DNA from: Laetmonice hystrix
Taxonomy: Eukaryota
Reading direction: 5' to 3'
NCBI GenBank assembly: GCA_965235115.1
Contig: OZ249446.1
Location: 10,664,001 to 10,728,000, forward strand
Length of the DNA stretch: 64,000 nucleotides
In this document: piece by piece, positions 36,050 to 47,335 of the stretch
Position numbering within the stretch: position 1 is the stretch's first letter
Layout: each line of letters opens with the position of its first letter
Program-made: the position numbers and the translations under genes
Notes under the pieces: generated by a model
Database searches by the model: none
Seen by the model: the letters and a program-made list of their open reading frames with translations, nothing else
Told to the model about the DNA's origin: nothing

Positions 36050-39000
36050 CTACTTTGTTATCCCGCTAGATACATCACAGAATGCGCGTTTCAGCGAGTA
36101 TTCGAGAGAGTGAGATGACAGAGTACTTTGATAAATGCACTCATGGTCATACTCCCTTCGCTGGGGGCCAGTGGGTGTGAAACCAATGGGTATGAAACCA
36201 TTGGATGTGAAACCATTGGGTCTGGAACCAATGGGTCTGGAACCAATGGGTATGAAAACATTGGATGTGAAACCATTGGGTCTGGAACCATTGGGTCTGG
36301 GACCAATGGGTGCGAAACTAATGGGTCTGGAACCAATGAGTGTGAAACCATTGGGTCCGGAACCAATGAGTCTGGAACAAAGGGGTCTGGAACCAATGGG
36401 TCTGAAACCAATGGGTCTGAAACCAATGGGTGTGTGTGGAATGGAAGCAATTTGAGGGGTGTGTGAGTGTTACCACTCTCTGTGTACTGAGTGTAGATCT
36501 ATACACAGAGCCCAGAAATCCTCCGATTCATGGTAAACTGAATGATGACCGTCGATTTACGCAGAGATTGTGAGAGGATCTGATATGTACAGAAACGTCT
36601 TCCTTCTCATTTTCTCATTATGAGAGGATTTCATCCGTCCATGGAAAGTACGTTTTATTTTATAGGTTTCTATTGCCGAAAATAGAATGGAGCTCCTTTT
36701 TACTCTCTCTCTCACTCTCTCGCTCACTCTCTCTCTCTCTCTCCCTCTCCTCTCTCTCTCTCTCTCTCTCTCACTCTCTTTCTCCCTCTCCTCTCTCTTT
36801 CCAACCAAAATAATACGAAAAAACTTCCATTCCGCCCCCCCCCCCATAGTAAATTGATTGGTGATTTTCTGCATGGATGTCGTTATCTCCCAATAATCGA
36901 CCAGCTATTAGATGTTAGAAGTTCCAATTGCCTCTCCAGAAATTACCCGCCTCTTTAGCCTACATTTCCCTTCTTCCTGCGCGACCGGCAAGATCCAGCT
37001 CGGAGGTTAGTGGGTGGTGGACTTAGATGGCTGAGGCCTTGCTGGAAGACGGTGCTTGAAACAACTGTAAAGTAGCGAACCAAATTCCCGCCACTGCTCA
37101 TTAAGGCGCTGCCAGGCCCACTTAGAGCCGATTAACATGACGAAATGACTACGATCCGTCGGCATGGCGACGTGTAGACGCCGCCAGCCGGGGTCAGCTG
37201 GGGGCACGGACGCTGCCGGAAGAGCCGGTAGCAGTTAGATTTTGATTGGATGTTAATTTCATGTCATAATTGGACACTTTGATTGAACGTGTATTTGACG
37301 CTTGAAGATAAAGTCTTGGATGTAATCCGCGATAACCTCCTATCTCCCATTTAGAAACGATGACCCGCGCTGTTAGACCAAAAAAAGTTTCGTTTCTTGT
37401 CCTTTCGGATCTAAAAAAAGTTGGTGCGGTCGCGCGGCTTTTTTCTTTTTCTTTCTTTCTTTTTTCCCCGATACAACCAGACAATGGCCGTGCTGGTGGT
37501 CCCTCAATAACATGCCCTCATTATGACAGGACATTTCTGGCCAGAATTAAGCTTTAGAGCCACCTAGGAACCCATGATGCATGATTGGTTCGAGATGGCC
37601 ATGATGTCCGGTGATGATAGTGCCGTTATGTATATAATATAAGATTATCCGGTGATTATATAATGCCGTTATGTATATAATACAAGATTATCCGGTGATT
37701 ATATAGTGCCGTTATGTATATAATATAAGATGTCCCGTGCCCTCTGATACCCCTGTCGGGAGCACTGGGTGAAAGGACGTCGCAGGGAACAAATTCGGTT
37801 CTCTAACTTAGCTCGACAGGAAGGTATAAATATATATATCATATTGATACAGTGTAGAGAGATATAATAATTGGCTGGAGCACATGCAAACATACACATG
37901 CTTTAGAACTTCCCATTTGTTTCGATTGATTTTATTTGAAAGTGACATAAAAACTGGGACGATATCGTAAAGGTCATCCGTCAATGTCACAACTGATGTC
38001 ATATCGGGTTATTTGGTATCAGCCATGGGCAGGACGTCATTCTCCCACACACCCACACCCACACCCTACAACCCACGTCCACACCCACACCCACACCCAC
38101 ACCCCAAACAGATCCATGACAACATCTGTGAAATCCTATATTGACTTCGATATTCAGAAAAGTGCACTGCAAGAAATATTAAGTTCCGTGTCGGTGTGTC
38201 CGCGTGTGCCTATATAGTCGGCCACACACAACCTATAGATCCATACATATTCTTGGTTCCTACCACGCAGCCTTCATTAGATCCACACATCTATCCCTGA
38301 TTCCGAACATGTACCCCGCCCTAATACCTACTGGCTAATGTTCCACAGTCCCATCTGTCGTACGCGCCTCTCCGGAAATGGAGGTAAGATTTCGTATGTC
38401 AGATAAGCGCGCGACGGGAGGAAGAAGACATAGAAAATGGCCGCTGGCTGCGTCACCGCGCGCGGCATCAGATGTCGTAAAGCTAGTTAATATTGGCTGT
38501 GGCGGGCCAAGGTAAGATTAGGGCGGTAAGATAACGTCCCTCAGTAGGACATGGGCCGCCACACATTCCCTTCAGTGTGTTTCTACCTCTAGCGTCTCTG
38601 AAGGCAGACACGTGGAAATGAAGACTCCAGGTTCTCAGACCACAGCCAAGCTTTCTACCAGACCCCTCCTATCTCCAGAATCTCAGACCACAGCCAAGCT
38701 GTCTACCCGACCCCTCCTATCTCCAGAATCTCAGACCCAGCCAAGCTGTCTACCCGACCCCTCCTATCTCCAGAATCTCAGACCACAGCCAAGCTGTCTA
38801 CCCGACCCCTCCTATCTCCAGAATCTCAGACCACAGCCAAGCTGTCTACCCAACCCCTCCTATCTCCAGAATCTCAGACCACAGCTAAGCTGTCTACCCG
38901 ACCCCTCCTATCAGAATCTCAGACCACAGCCAAGCTGTCTACCCGACCCCTCCTATCTCCAGAATCTCAGACCACAGCCAAGCTGTCTACCCGACCCCTC

Positions 39001-42000
39001 CTATCTCCAGAATCTCAGACCACAGCCAAGCTGTCTACCCGACCCCTCCTATCTCCAGAATCTCAGACCACAGCCAAGCTGTCTACCCGACCCCTCCTAT
39101 CTCCAGAATCTCAGACCACAGCCAAGCTGTCTACCCGACCCCTCCTATCTCCAGAATCTCAGACCACAGCCAAGCTGTCTACTCGACCCCTCCTATCTCC
39201 AGAATCTCAGACCACAGCTAAGCTGTCTACCCGACCCCTCCTATCAGAATCTCAGACCACAGCCAAGCTGTCTACCCGACCCCTCCTATCTCCAGAATCT
39301 CAGACCACAGCCAAGCTGTCTACTCGACCCCTCCTATCTCCAGAATCTCAGACCACAGCCAAGCTGTCTACCCGACCCCTCCTATCTCCAGAATCTCAGA
39401 CCACAGCCAAGCTGTCTACCCGACCCCTCCTATCTCTAGAATCTTCAATTGAAGCCTGAAGGCTGACCTTAAAGACTCACGCATGCGCAGTGTACGTGAG
39501 CTGGGACGAGGGCTGCCTGGTTTAAACTAAAGACGAAAGTCCCATCCATAAATCAACATCATACTCGTGCAATAATGGATCTTCAAATTGGGACGGACCA
39601 AGGACTACCGCTGTCTCATGAATTATTATTTGGACCACCTTCTAGGGCTGTGGGAGATTTAAGTAGGCCTATAAACTGACGGGGTAAGATATATTGGTGG
39701 GCATATTGTTCGTGGCATACCAACATCATCCCATCGACTGCCCCCATATATTTCTAACCCTCGACTCTCATACAGTCATAAGTCATGAGAGAGATATAAC
39801 ACGTGGGTGTTATAACTATAGGTTCTACCTGGAAATTATCACAGTTCCTCGAAGGGTTAAAAACTTAGAACCCCATGACATGGAGTGAAAAAATGGTGGA
39901 CATGGTGGGACATGGACACGCCGCCACAGCAAGGTTGGAGGAAGATGGATGAGAGAAAAGTTGTAATCTGTGTTATGAAGGACAATACACGACCAGGAGG
40001 AACGTTATACCACGTGACTTATCTGGTCATCTCGCCATTTACAAGCAGATCGTGTTTTTAATCAGTCTGATCTCCCCGTCCCCACACGCTCTGATTTCGG
40101 TCCTTTTTGTCGTGATTGAAACTCCGACAGTTGATAATGGGTGGGTCACTGGGACGCTGGCGGGATCACGTTTCCATGGAGACCGTATGAGAGCGAGGCT
40201 GTGGAGCCTCGTCTCGCTGTGATAAACTGGTGATAGATGGACGCCCCACATGCTGGCATTGTCAGGGTTATCTCGCCAAGTGACGTAATATTTCACGGAC
40301 CTTATATCCACCACATGTCAGTCATTGCGCGCCGCCTGCCGGCCGGGGCTGACACAAGAGGAGGATGGCACAAAACAAGGCGACCACGCAGGCGCACTGT
40401 ACCCTTCCTCTATCGTAAAAGAATCATGTCGCTGAATACCCAATGAGTATTCTCTGCACTAGACGGCGCTTCACACAAACCGCCCGCAGTTTCATATCTT
40501 TTAACGTTAAATGAACATTTAGAGTTCATTTCGGGAGCCGGGAGCGGCCTGGTCGGAAACCAGGAGAGATTTCATTGCGTGTAAAGTAATGGAACACGTT
40601 AGAGAGAGAGATGTCTGGGGTGGCAGGATTTGTTTAGGCAGCGATCGTGTCTCCACGAATCAAGGCAGGGTCGGTGGGGACTGAAGGAGGCGCTACACAA
40701 AAACCTGGCGGCTCCTTGCTCCACACGAAGGCTGATGAATTTTTAACGATGATACAATTAATGTTTTACCACCACTTAATGTACTTAACGTCCACTGTGA
40801 GAAGAGTTTTTATTTTCTGCGGAACTGATGTCCTCGGCAGGGCGGGAGTTTGTGTGTGTGTGTGTGGGAGGGGAGGGGGGGGGGGTCGTACGAGGAGGAG
40901 GGAGATCGACGCGCTCACAAAGTGACTTGATAATTATTCCACAAGGGCGGATATGAAAGAAGCTACGATTACAATACTCAGAGAAGCACCTCTCCATTCC
41001 CAAGATTGCTTTTTAATACACACGGAACAGCGAATATGAAACCATTTCCTTTTTTCATATTCATTTCATTCAATTTGATTTGACTGTTTTTATGCAGTAC
41101 GCAGGGTAATGAAGAGAGCAAGCTGAGCCTGCATGGCCGGCGATATATTACTCTTCCATTACATAGATAACCACGCTGTACGTCAGTCACCTTGAAGTCA
41201 AACTAATGTGTATCCATGTATGATATGGAGATAGTGACTACACTTTCCTATCTGACTGCTATACTGTCATTCTCTGCTCTCTCAGTGATCCCATACATTG
41301 AATATTTTAAGACGTCACATCTTAATGAGAATGAGAAGGGAGAGAATAATTGAAGTTGCGAGGATATTATTTTTCCTTTCCTGTTTATTTATTTCCCTTT
41401 ACAATTGAATTCTTCCTTTTTATCCTCACTGAATCGACGATGTTTTCTGCGTCTTAATTAAGGGGGTACTCGAAGAATGTGTTCAGCAGTCTCACGGAGC
41501 ACACAGACTGTCGAGACCAATTATATTAACCGTCAACCGATGGGAAACACTTGAGGGAAATCCCCGTCTAAATAAATCTTTCAGGCTGCGTGAGATTTTC
41601 TTTTTGTATTCTGTACACCGCATATATGATTATCATTAAACTGGACAGGTTTGCTATAATTATATATACTGAACCTTTAACCTGTGACCAAGCGAACTTT
41701 CCCAGCATAGCATTCGGAGAGAGGGAAGAATATCTTCTACAAACAGTAGAGGGAGAAGAATATGTCGTATTACACATAAAATCTTTGTTTCTCTTAACCC
41801 CTCATTTCAGATGTATCGTTATTTTAAAATTCAGTTAAATTAATAATGGCGGAAAGGTGAAAATCGGACAAACGGCTGAATTTTACATAACCTTTCAAAC
41901 TTGTTCAGTGAACTCCCATAAATCATAATATTGGAGTGTTGGGAGGCGGCGCTCACATGAACCCATTGTAGGCCTACACTTCTGCCCAGTTTTCAGTCTC

Positions 42001-45000
42001 ACTGATGTGATCACCAGTGTCTCCATAAAACAACTGCCAGAATGCAGTGGCGGATTTAGGGGGGCCACAGGGCCCCCCTCCCCCGAAATATTTCAAAAGC
42101 AGGGTTTTGCCCTCCCCCCCATACTAAGTGACCCTTGCCCATGTCAGGTAGCTATGGATCCATTCATCCACCCACACACCTGTGCCCCCCCCCCCCCCCG
42201 AAAAAAAATCCTGGATCCAGCCCTGGAATGGAGTTAGAAAATTTACGTCTCCAATCCATGCTTCAGCTTTGAATAGCCGCATTCTGTATGACTGGTGATA
42301 TACATTCAAGTTGAGAGTATTTTCCAAGGTTCAGCCATGCGCCCGGCCCCATCGACTAGCACAAACGAGGTCGCTATAGTCGAGGACAAACTGGTTTAAT
42401 TTAGTCTATGATGTGGGCTGGGATTGTTTGCGCATGCTCCCAGCGCCGGATGGAGTCGACCATTGAGACCATTAAGGACGCACGGCCTGAGTTTATCTAG
42501 TGGAGGGTGGCCGGAAGTGCTGCCCGCCTCCCTGTAATCGACACGCGCATGCTCGAGTTGACTCTGGTGCTGTTAGCGCGAAGGAAGTGACAGGACGGCG
42601 TGAATGTCATTCTGTCTTGACGTGACATAAACTACGTGAGGTTTAGATTCGGCCTCACAAGCAAACTATAGGCGCTGGGTATGTTGGCCTGATGCACACA
42701 AGGAGACAAGGTAGTCACCGATAACGCTTTTACCTAGAACTTGATCTAGATTGACCCATCGAGTTTACACTCTTTTAATATTATCACAACTAGAGGCGTA
42801 AATATGCATTGCATCGCCAAATTATCTATCAAATAATACCGGATTATCCCAGTATGTTAGAAAGTGATCAATATAAGTCTACTCTATATTCAGAAAGTCA
42901 TTGTTCATTAACCATCGTTCCGAGTAAAGTTTCGGGAAAGGAAATGACGGTCGAAATATTATATTCGAAATTATATGTCCTGGGCTGATTCAATAATTCG
43001 TAGACCAAGGTATTTCTAAAGTCACCCCACTGTGTAGAGAAAAGAAAGTTATTAATTTAGATTTCATCGGATTGTCGCCCCCAACAACGTTAGCTCTCGA
43101 TTCTTCCTCTGTTAAATGTGCGTTGTGATGTTTCATTACCAGCCCAGTTGTACACGGCAGCACAGCTCCGTTCGAAGTCACTGAAAGGGTCTACTTGAGC
43201 GATCACAAAGTGTAGGCGAGGCAGCGTACGGAATTTAAAATACAAAAAGCCTCCGTTTCTCCGCGCGATTCTGACCCGCCCCAGTCGGAATAAGTCCCTA
43301 TGGGAGTGCGGCTGAGATTTAGCTAATTCCCATTTCTTTGTGTCGTAGAACTTTACAAGGCTTTATGAGAACGCAGGCGGGCTCATTCCAATTTCAAAGC
43401 GGCAACGCTGCTTTATCAGAGGGGACGCCGAAAATTGCCTCAGTGACGTCTTCCGAGTACAGTGCATGCTGGGAGTCCATTGATGCCGCGCAGAATTTGT
43501 TATTTCAGCCGGTAGGGGGAGCTGGAGGCTTAGAGACCTGGGAGGGTCTCATCTCCTCGGTTGTAGCAACATACACTGGGGTACTTTATTGGTGTGCACT
43601 GGGAGAGAGACGAGATATTGCTTAAAGTCATTCTCCCCGACAGAGTATCATCCCCCGGGCCCCACTGACGGCCGACATGATAAGCCACGCTGTGTCTTTG
43701 TGAACGCTTCACCATTTCAGTGTGGAGACGCCCTGCCGTCCTGCACGCGCGAGGGGGTGGGGGTGGGGGGCTGGGGGAGGGGGGCAGGCAGGACAAAAAA
43801 CTAGGCCACCCCATCATCATCAGTGCATCTCGCATACACCGGTGGGCAACAATGATTTCAAATTATGGTATCCCATTCTGTCCGACACAATGGCCCGCCG
43901 CGAAATGAGTTTTCCCACTCCGCCAAATGAACAGAGATTGGAAAGATCATGGCGCGGTCAGGTATGTCGGAGGTAAACAGAAGAGCCTCCGGTAACTTAA
44001 CGATGTAACGTCATCATACATTCAGCCATTTATTAACTATCCGACACCTGCCGCAAAAGTTTCCACAGACCGATAATGATCTCTCCCGAATATCAAATAA
44101 CGCCAATAAAACTCTAAATGGCTCCCATTGTACGGTGTCCTTTTCAACTGGGTCACGTCAGCGGAGATCACCATTGGCTACCTGTCACGTTCGGAAAGCC
44201 TAACAATAGTTCCGCGCCCATTACGTCACCCAAACAATTGAATTTGTAATTTGGTAATTTGTCGCCGGCTGAGCGACCCGCCTGGAGCGATCGGTTATAG
44301 GAGGGGTTATCGCGCGTCCCCAGGACGACGTACAGCGGCTAGTCACAGCGTCCTGGTAGTATGAGTCGCGCACTCAGCACGACAAACCAACATTAACGTC
44401 TCGATGACGTTAGCTCTCGATACGATACGCCATAATGTCACAAAAATATTGGCAATCAAGGAGACGAGGCGTCATTTAATATCATATCACACAAGCCTGA
44501 AATAATCCCGAGACCTGCTCAGATGTCACTTGTCCGGGATGTGGATGTCGGTCGAGAGCCAAGTTTCTCCTTGTCATCGATCGCGATGTCTTCACATAAA
44601 AAATGTCCAACACACGTCCATGGTGGTGGTGGTGGTGGTGGTGGGGGGGGGGGGGTAGCTACTTTTCTAGGAGGTTGGAAACTAGGGAACCACAGACAAA
44701 AATGGACACTGAACTGGGATGACTTTTAAGAAGATAATGGACAATTTGATACTCATAGGGGCCTATAAGGAATGTTTCCACTCAGGCGATTGTCCTTATT
44801 GCGACGCCCATGCCATTTTGACATCACCATTTTATTTTACAGTGATTTTGAGATTAAAGGATGGAACCCATTTCCAGAAGCAGGGAAGGCCATCCAGGAA
44901 AAAATACAGAGTGACATTCCACCATTAAATCAAAAATCGTCGCAAGGACAATCACCATGTGGAAATCGTCCTTTAGCAGAGACAGTGCATGCACTGTTTT

Positions 45001-46107
45001 TTTTGTTTTTTTTTTATTTTACACATATTTAGCCACGGTACAGGCCTATGTAGGCCTAAGTATGTAGGCTATGTATGTATAAATAGTCTCCATGTGAAAT
45101 ATTCAGAGACCAAAACGTGTAAAATCGACATGACCTCCTACATTATTTACCCATGCCCCCACTGTCAGCGTGTTTCTTAAAGTCAGCCCAGGAGACTGTT
45201 ATCTGAGAGCTGACATATGAGCTAAGAAAACCGTGAAGCACTGGGCTCGTTTATCCGTGTAACTCGACGATTAATTTCTAGCTCTCCTCGATAATCCGTG
45301 CAAAGTGTCATTTCCCCGTTCTTAACTCCCACTTCGTTTATTTACGAGAGGCACTTGTGAAAATTTCCTCTGCACCAATTACCTGCGGTGCTGGCGAAGA
45401 CTTTGACTTTAAAACGCTATCGATTCATGGTTTAAGTCTTTGATTTAATTTCTGTTTGAACTGTTTGCTAGTGTGCCCTCAATTAAACTTTTCTGTCGCC
45501 ACGACAACGTTTTCCCACGCCCTCCATTAGACTAATTAAGTTTTTTTTACAAGCCCTCTAAAGGGTTTCCTAGGGATAAGTGACTTGTCACTGTGCCAGA
45601 GGGAGTCTTTGAACGCGATAGCAGGCAATTAGGCTACATTAGTTTTTAAACCTCGTTTTAATGACATTTCTCGGAAACATTATAGGCGGAAAGCTTGCGG
45701 ACGGCTCCGTCAATGGGACGGCTTGATTGAAGCGGCATGACGGAAGACGTTCAGCAAGCACGCCGTCTCCCCACGACCAGGTCGTTGTCAGGCACAGCAA
45801 ACATCGTGTTTTCAACTTAATACCCGACCATCAGTGACTGAATCACACCCATGTCGAGTTTACCTATACCTCTTGTTACTTTATATCAATTATACTATTA
45901 TATCAACAAAACACAACAGCCTGAAACCAGATTATCGGTGTTGTTCGTAGTGTAACGCTGTGAGTAGATTTTCTTAAAGAAGTCGTGAAATGGCTTACCT
46001 CCCATGGCTGCACTGGTGCGGATCCAGAGAGATAACACAAGAACAGTCATCAGTATGTCCACACAATGTACTCGTCCGAGGGGGTGAAATGGCAAGTGGA
46101 ATTCCAT
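14295..46107 (-). CDS. Spliced gene: type I membrane protein, signal peptide - SUEL lectin - CUB - sushi/CCP-like - linker - TM - Tyr-rich tail (503 aa)
   Basis: Exons 46107-45999, 32352-32068, 29507-29100, 17793-17638, 15481-15428, 15088-15007, 14712-14295. All introns GT-AG, phases 1,1,1,1,1,2 all match. Total 1512 nt = 504 codons ending TAG. Domains recognised from Cys/Trp patterns. Confidence 0.85.
15007..15088 (-). CDS. Exon 6: transmembrane helix (GLSIIVILAVAVTIGLVIFIVGLIVLK)
   Basis: About 24 consecutive hydrophobic or small residues followed by basic residues. Acceptor cttttgatccag|, donor AAAG|GTAACC. Phase 1-2; not in the ORF track. Confidence 0.88.
15428..15481 (-). CDS. Exon 5: 54-nt Gly/Ser juxtamembrane linker (GSGGIFAESVFSGSNMPS)
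   Basis: Acceptor ctttgacacag|, donor TCAG|GTAAGT. Phase 1-1, open frame. Confidence 0.75.
15655..16713 (+). repeat. 68-bp minisatellite rich in GGTACC (~16 copies), intronic
   Basis: Unit gggtaccagtgggtgctaccccggtacggtaggaaggctagcgccggtacccgccctgacagcagata. Confidence 0.95.
17212..17485 (+). repeat. 51-bp G/T-rich minisatellite (~5 copies), intronic
   Basis: Unit ggtgagatggagaggcaggggtatggtttgtttgtgtgtgcatggggaggg. Confidence 0.95.
17638..17793 (-). CDS. Exon 4: short sushi/CCP-like domain (GCPDPPKPPHG...LGC...LKCRDGTW...NC)
   Basis: Four Cys plus Trp in CCP spacing. Acceptor ctgtttcag|, donor GCAG|GTAAGG. 156 nt, phase 1-1. Confidence 0.85.
18207..18617 (+). repeat. ~110-bp degenerate tandem repeat (3-4 copies), intronic
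   Basis: Repeated gtgtgtgagtagagatc...ggtatgattgatggtattatccg.acatatcgc.ggcagtatgagaccctggc. Confidence 0.85.
18803..20471 (+). repeat. 48/49-bp minisatellite (~34 copies), intronic
   Basis: Unit gaaactc(c/t)ccattgaagcaggcccagct(g/a)accggagtgagtagtatat; accounts for the MESFIYYSLRSAGPAS-type ORFs. Confidence 0.97.
22325..22592 (+). repeat. 40-bp C-rich minisatellite, intronic
   Basis: Unit ccccatacccagtccttggtccccacacccgagcaccagt, degenerating toward the 3' end. Confidence 0.9.
23482..24018 (+). repeat. 29-bp minisatellite (~18 copies), intronic
   Basis: Unit gttatagtgtaggtggtcagcaggtg(t/c)t(g/a). Confidence 0.97.
24133..26079 (+). repeat. 67-bp minisatellite (~29 copies), intronic
   Basis: Unit ggtcgcctctatacg(a/g)cgtctacatgtgtccgtgtgtactcccagagacacgacgtgacggttgtag. 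Confidence 0.97.
27285..27500 (+). repeat. Degenerate purine-rich tandem repeat (gatggacagaagg / ctggcct words)
   Basis: Repeated ggcctgatggacag(a/g)agg motifs of irregular length. Confidence 0.65.
28925..29091. other. Assembly gap (167 N)
   Basis: Run of N ending 8 nt from the CUB exon donor. Confidence 1.
29100..29507 (-). CDS. Exon 3: CUB domain
   Basis: SGKIAS...CPWIIEVGAGQRVNISLVDF...C...CG...NTVEIRI...FLLQY pattern. Acceptor aattttgcag|, donor CAAG|GTGAGT. 408 nt, phase 1-1. Confidence 0.9.
30425..30848 (+). repeat. 71-bp minisatellite (6 copies), intronic
   Basis: Unit ctgaactgaagtcaccaaaccctggctcactgccagcattgtatctcagcaattgaggatggtcctcggcc. Confidence 0.96.
31850..32037 (+). repeat. 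34-bp minisatellite (~5 copies) next to the lectin exon donor
   Basis: Unit catgatgagatatgatgtatggccctacttttat. Confidence 0.92.
32068..32352 (-). CDS. Exon 2: SUEL / rhamnose-binding-lectin (Gal_Lectin) type domain
   Basis: Eight Cys in SUEL spacing, ARYGR motif, C-terminal YLEASYTC. Acceptor tgtttcag|, donor AAAG|GTACTT. 285 nt, phase 1-1. Confidence 0.9.
32393..32436 (-). pseudogene. Truncated, diverged copy of the start of a SUEL exon (VVEYFKLNTSDAEC) in the intron just before exon 2
   Basis: Aligns without gaps to the real exon start VVEYCQFETFEAEC. 14 nt are identical (32423-32436 vs 32338-32351). Out of frame with exon 2. Confidence 0.55.
34177..34337. mobile_element. ~160-bp MITE with CATAGGCGTACG-type TIR and G/C homopolymer subtermini
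   Basis: cataggcgtacg vs catacgcccata (3 mismatches to a perfect inverted repeat). A similar left end occurs near 12687. Confidence 0.45.
34545..34900 (-). mobile_element. Degenerate CR1/L2-group LINE, C-terminal region of ORF2
   Basis: Broken frames give AGFV...ASII..LNE..PAVQDQARQDALRL and SSPRALWDWNG, resembling ARFV...SV..ML..L.W..L..RR...RL and SFFPRT..DWN. Stops and frameshifts present. Confidence 0.45.
35420..35780 (-). mobile_element. Degenerate CR1/L2-group LINE reverse-transcriptase fragment
   Basis: In expected order: DESCRVLNMNL (D...V.Y.DF.KAFD position), LRAVWMRVAISGHYQTW, then VPQGTV (35463-35474 encodes VPQG). Confidence 0.55.
36004..36046 (+). repeat. (CT)n microsatellite
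   Basis: Pure CT run. Other CT-rich tracts lie at 6510-6553, 36701-36800, 51514-51582 and 56372-56422. Confidence 0.95.
36165..36432 (+). repeat. 15-bp minisatellite (~17 copies)
   Basis: Unit (g/t)gaacca(a/t)tgggtct with variants. Confidence 0.92.
37374..37436. mobile_element. Terminal fragment of the 4399-4712 MITE family
   Basis: tagaccaaaaaaagtttcgtttcttgtcctttc...aaagttggtgcggt matches the reverse complement of 4655-4713. Confidence 0.6.
37605..37730 (+). repeat. 43-bp tandem repeat (3 copies)
   Basis: tgccgttatgtatataata(t/c)aagattatccggtgatt at 43-nt spacing. Confidence 0.85.
38623..39440 (+). repeat. 48-bp minisatellite (~17 copies)
   Basis: Unit ccagaatctcagaccacagccaagctgtctacccgacccctcctatct. 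Confidence 0.97.
42045..42225. mobile_element. 181-bp MITE with CAG...CTG termini and poly-G/poly-C subterminal tracts
   Basis: TIR cagtggcggatttagg / cctggatccagccctg. Flanked on both sides by GAATG. Confidence 0.65.
45999..46107 (-). CDS. Exon 1: putative signal peptide MEFHLPFHPLGRVHCVDILMTVLVLSLWIRTSAAMG
   Basis: Kozak-like gccgcaATGG, hydrophobic core ILMTVLVLSLWI, small residues SAA, and a strong phase-1 donor GGAG|GTAAGC that matches the phase-1 lectin exon. The link across a 13.6-kb intron is inferred. Confidence 0.7.
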
Positions 46108-46299
46108 TGCGGCTATTTGAGGGGGAAAAGCCGGGCACAATCCCTTTTCTGCTGTCAGTCACACTTGATTCGACGCGGGCCCGATTTGTTGGGCGTGTTT
46201 GGCTTGCCGAGTCTTCCTTGCTTGAGTTCTTGCTCTCTGTGCCCTCAAGGCCAATCCCTGTGTGTGCGTGCGTGCCACTGAATGTCGTCTGCCTTGCCC

Positions 46300-46560
46300 T
46301 CCAATTGTAAAAGTCGTCTGCTGAGCGCGTCCGGTCAGGCGGGGCTGTAACCTCAGTCTGCGTACACGTCTCTGGCGCCTCTAATCAGATGACACTCGCA
46401 TTAAATATTGAGCGTCGGCGCGCGGGACGCTGAGGCTTATTGCGCGCAGACGCGGCACGTGGACTGCCTGCGCGGAACCAAACCAGTTAAACACTTGATT
46501 AGGGACGGGCTCCGTCGACTTGGACCCCAAGGGGGACACCCCTCCACCGCAAACGGGGGG
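46300..46560 (-). promoter_or_regulatory. CpG/GC-rich region, candidate promoter of the lectin-CUB receptor gene
   Basis: Dense CG dinucleotides (gcgtcggcgcgcgggacgc, gcgcgcagacgcggcacg) 200-450 nt upstream of the proposed ATG. No ATG on the minus strand in the ~200 nt before the start. Confidence 0.35.
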
Positions 46561-47164
46561 TGAGGGGGAGGAGCGCCATTACGAGATTCAAACATCGCTT
46601 ATCTGATACACCACAATCATAGAAGAGTCGAGGGTTTAATATACAACATTTCTTTTCGACAGAACCAGTCTATCAGATGTTACGGAAACCGTTACTTGTG
46701 AAAAGTCCACGTGGCTGTAACCGTTGCCTTATGCTGTCGCTGTAACCGTTGCCTTATGAATGGTGTAGATCTATGCCTTTGAACAATACAAAATTATTGA
46801 ATAAACTGCTGAAGCCGCTCTGTATAACTTACGTAATATATAACTATTACAATTATATTACAGATACAATAGCCGTTTATATTTTGTGTAAAATCATTGT
46901 CTGTAAACCGTTATTATTTTATGTAAAATCATTGTCAGAGGCAAGAACAATCACAGTTTCAGGCCTTCTTTATCACGTTTTTTCTGGCCTGGATAGTTTT
47001 CTCGGTTCTTTCCCAATCATTTCTAGAGTTGCCGTGGGGAATTAATAAATTAACAGCCCGGCATCGAGAGATAATTGGCTCCATGATACCCGCGGGTAAT
47101 ATCTCGACGGGAAAGTTTCTAATTCTTTACCTATCGTCATATAACGAATTCATCCCGGGTTCTC

Positions 47165-47335
47165 TTATATATAAGCTAGACCCCTTGTACAGTTATATAA
47201 TCTAGACCCCTTGTACGGTTATTTAAGCTAGACCCCCTTGTACAGTGTTATAATCTAGACCCCTTGTACATTTATATAATCTAGACCCCTTGTAGCTACA
47301 GTTACATAATCTGACCCCCTTGTACAGTTAATATT
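47165..47335 (+). repeat. Degenerate ~27-30-bp AT-rich tandem repeat
   Basis: Repeated tagacccc(c)ttgtacagttatataa(t/g)c. Confidence 0.8.

Noticed and set aside
36091-36466. Pentapeptide-repeat ORFs (GTNGS/ETIG; PDPLV) that might be an extra receptor exon
   Set aside because: A 15-bp unit leaves most frames open, and I found no phase-1 splice pair.
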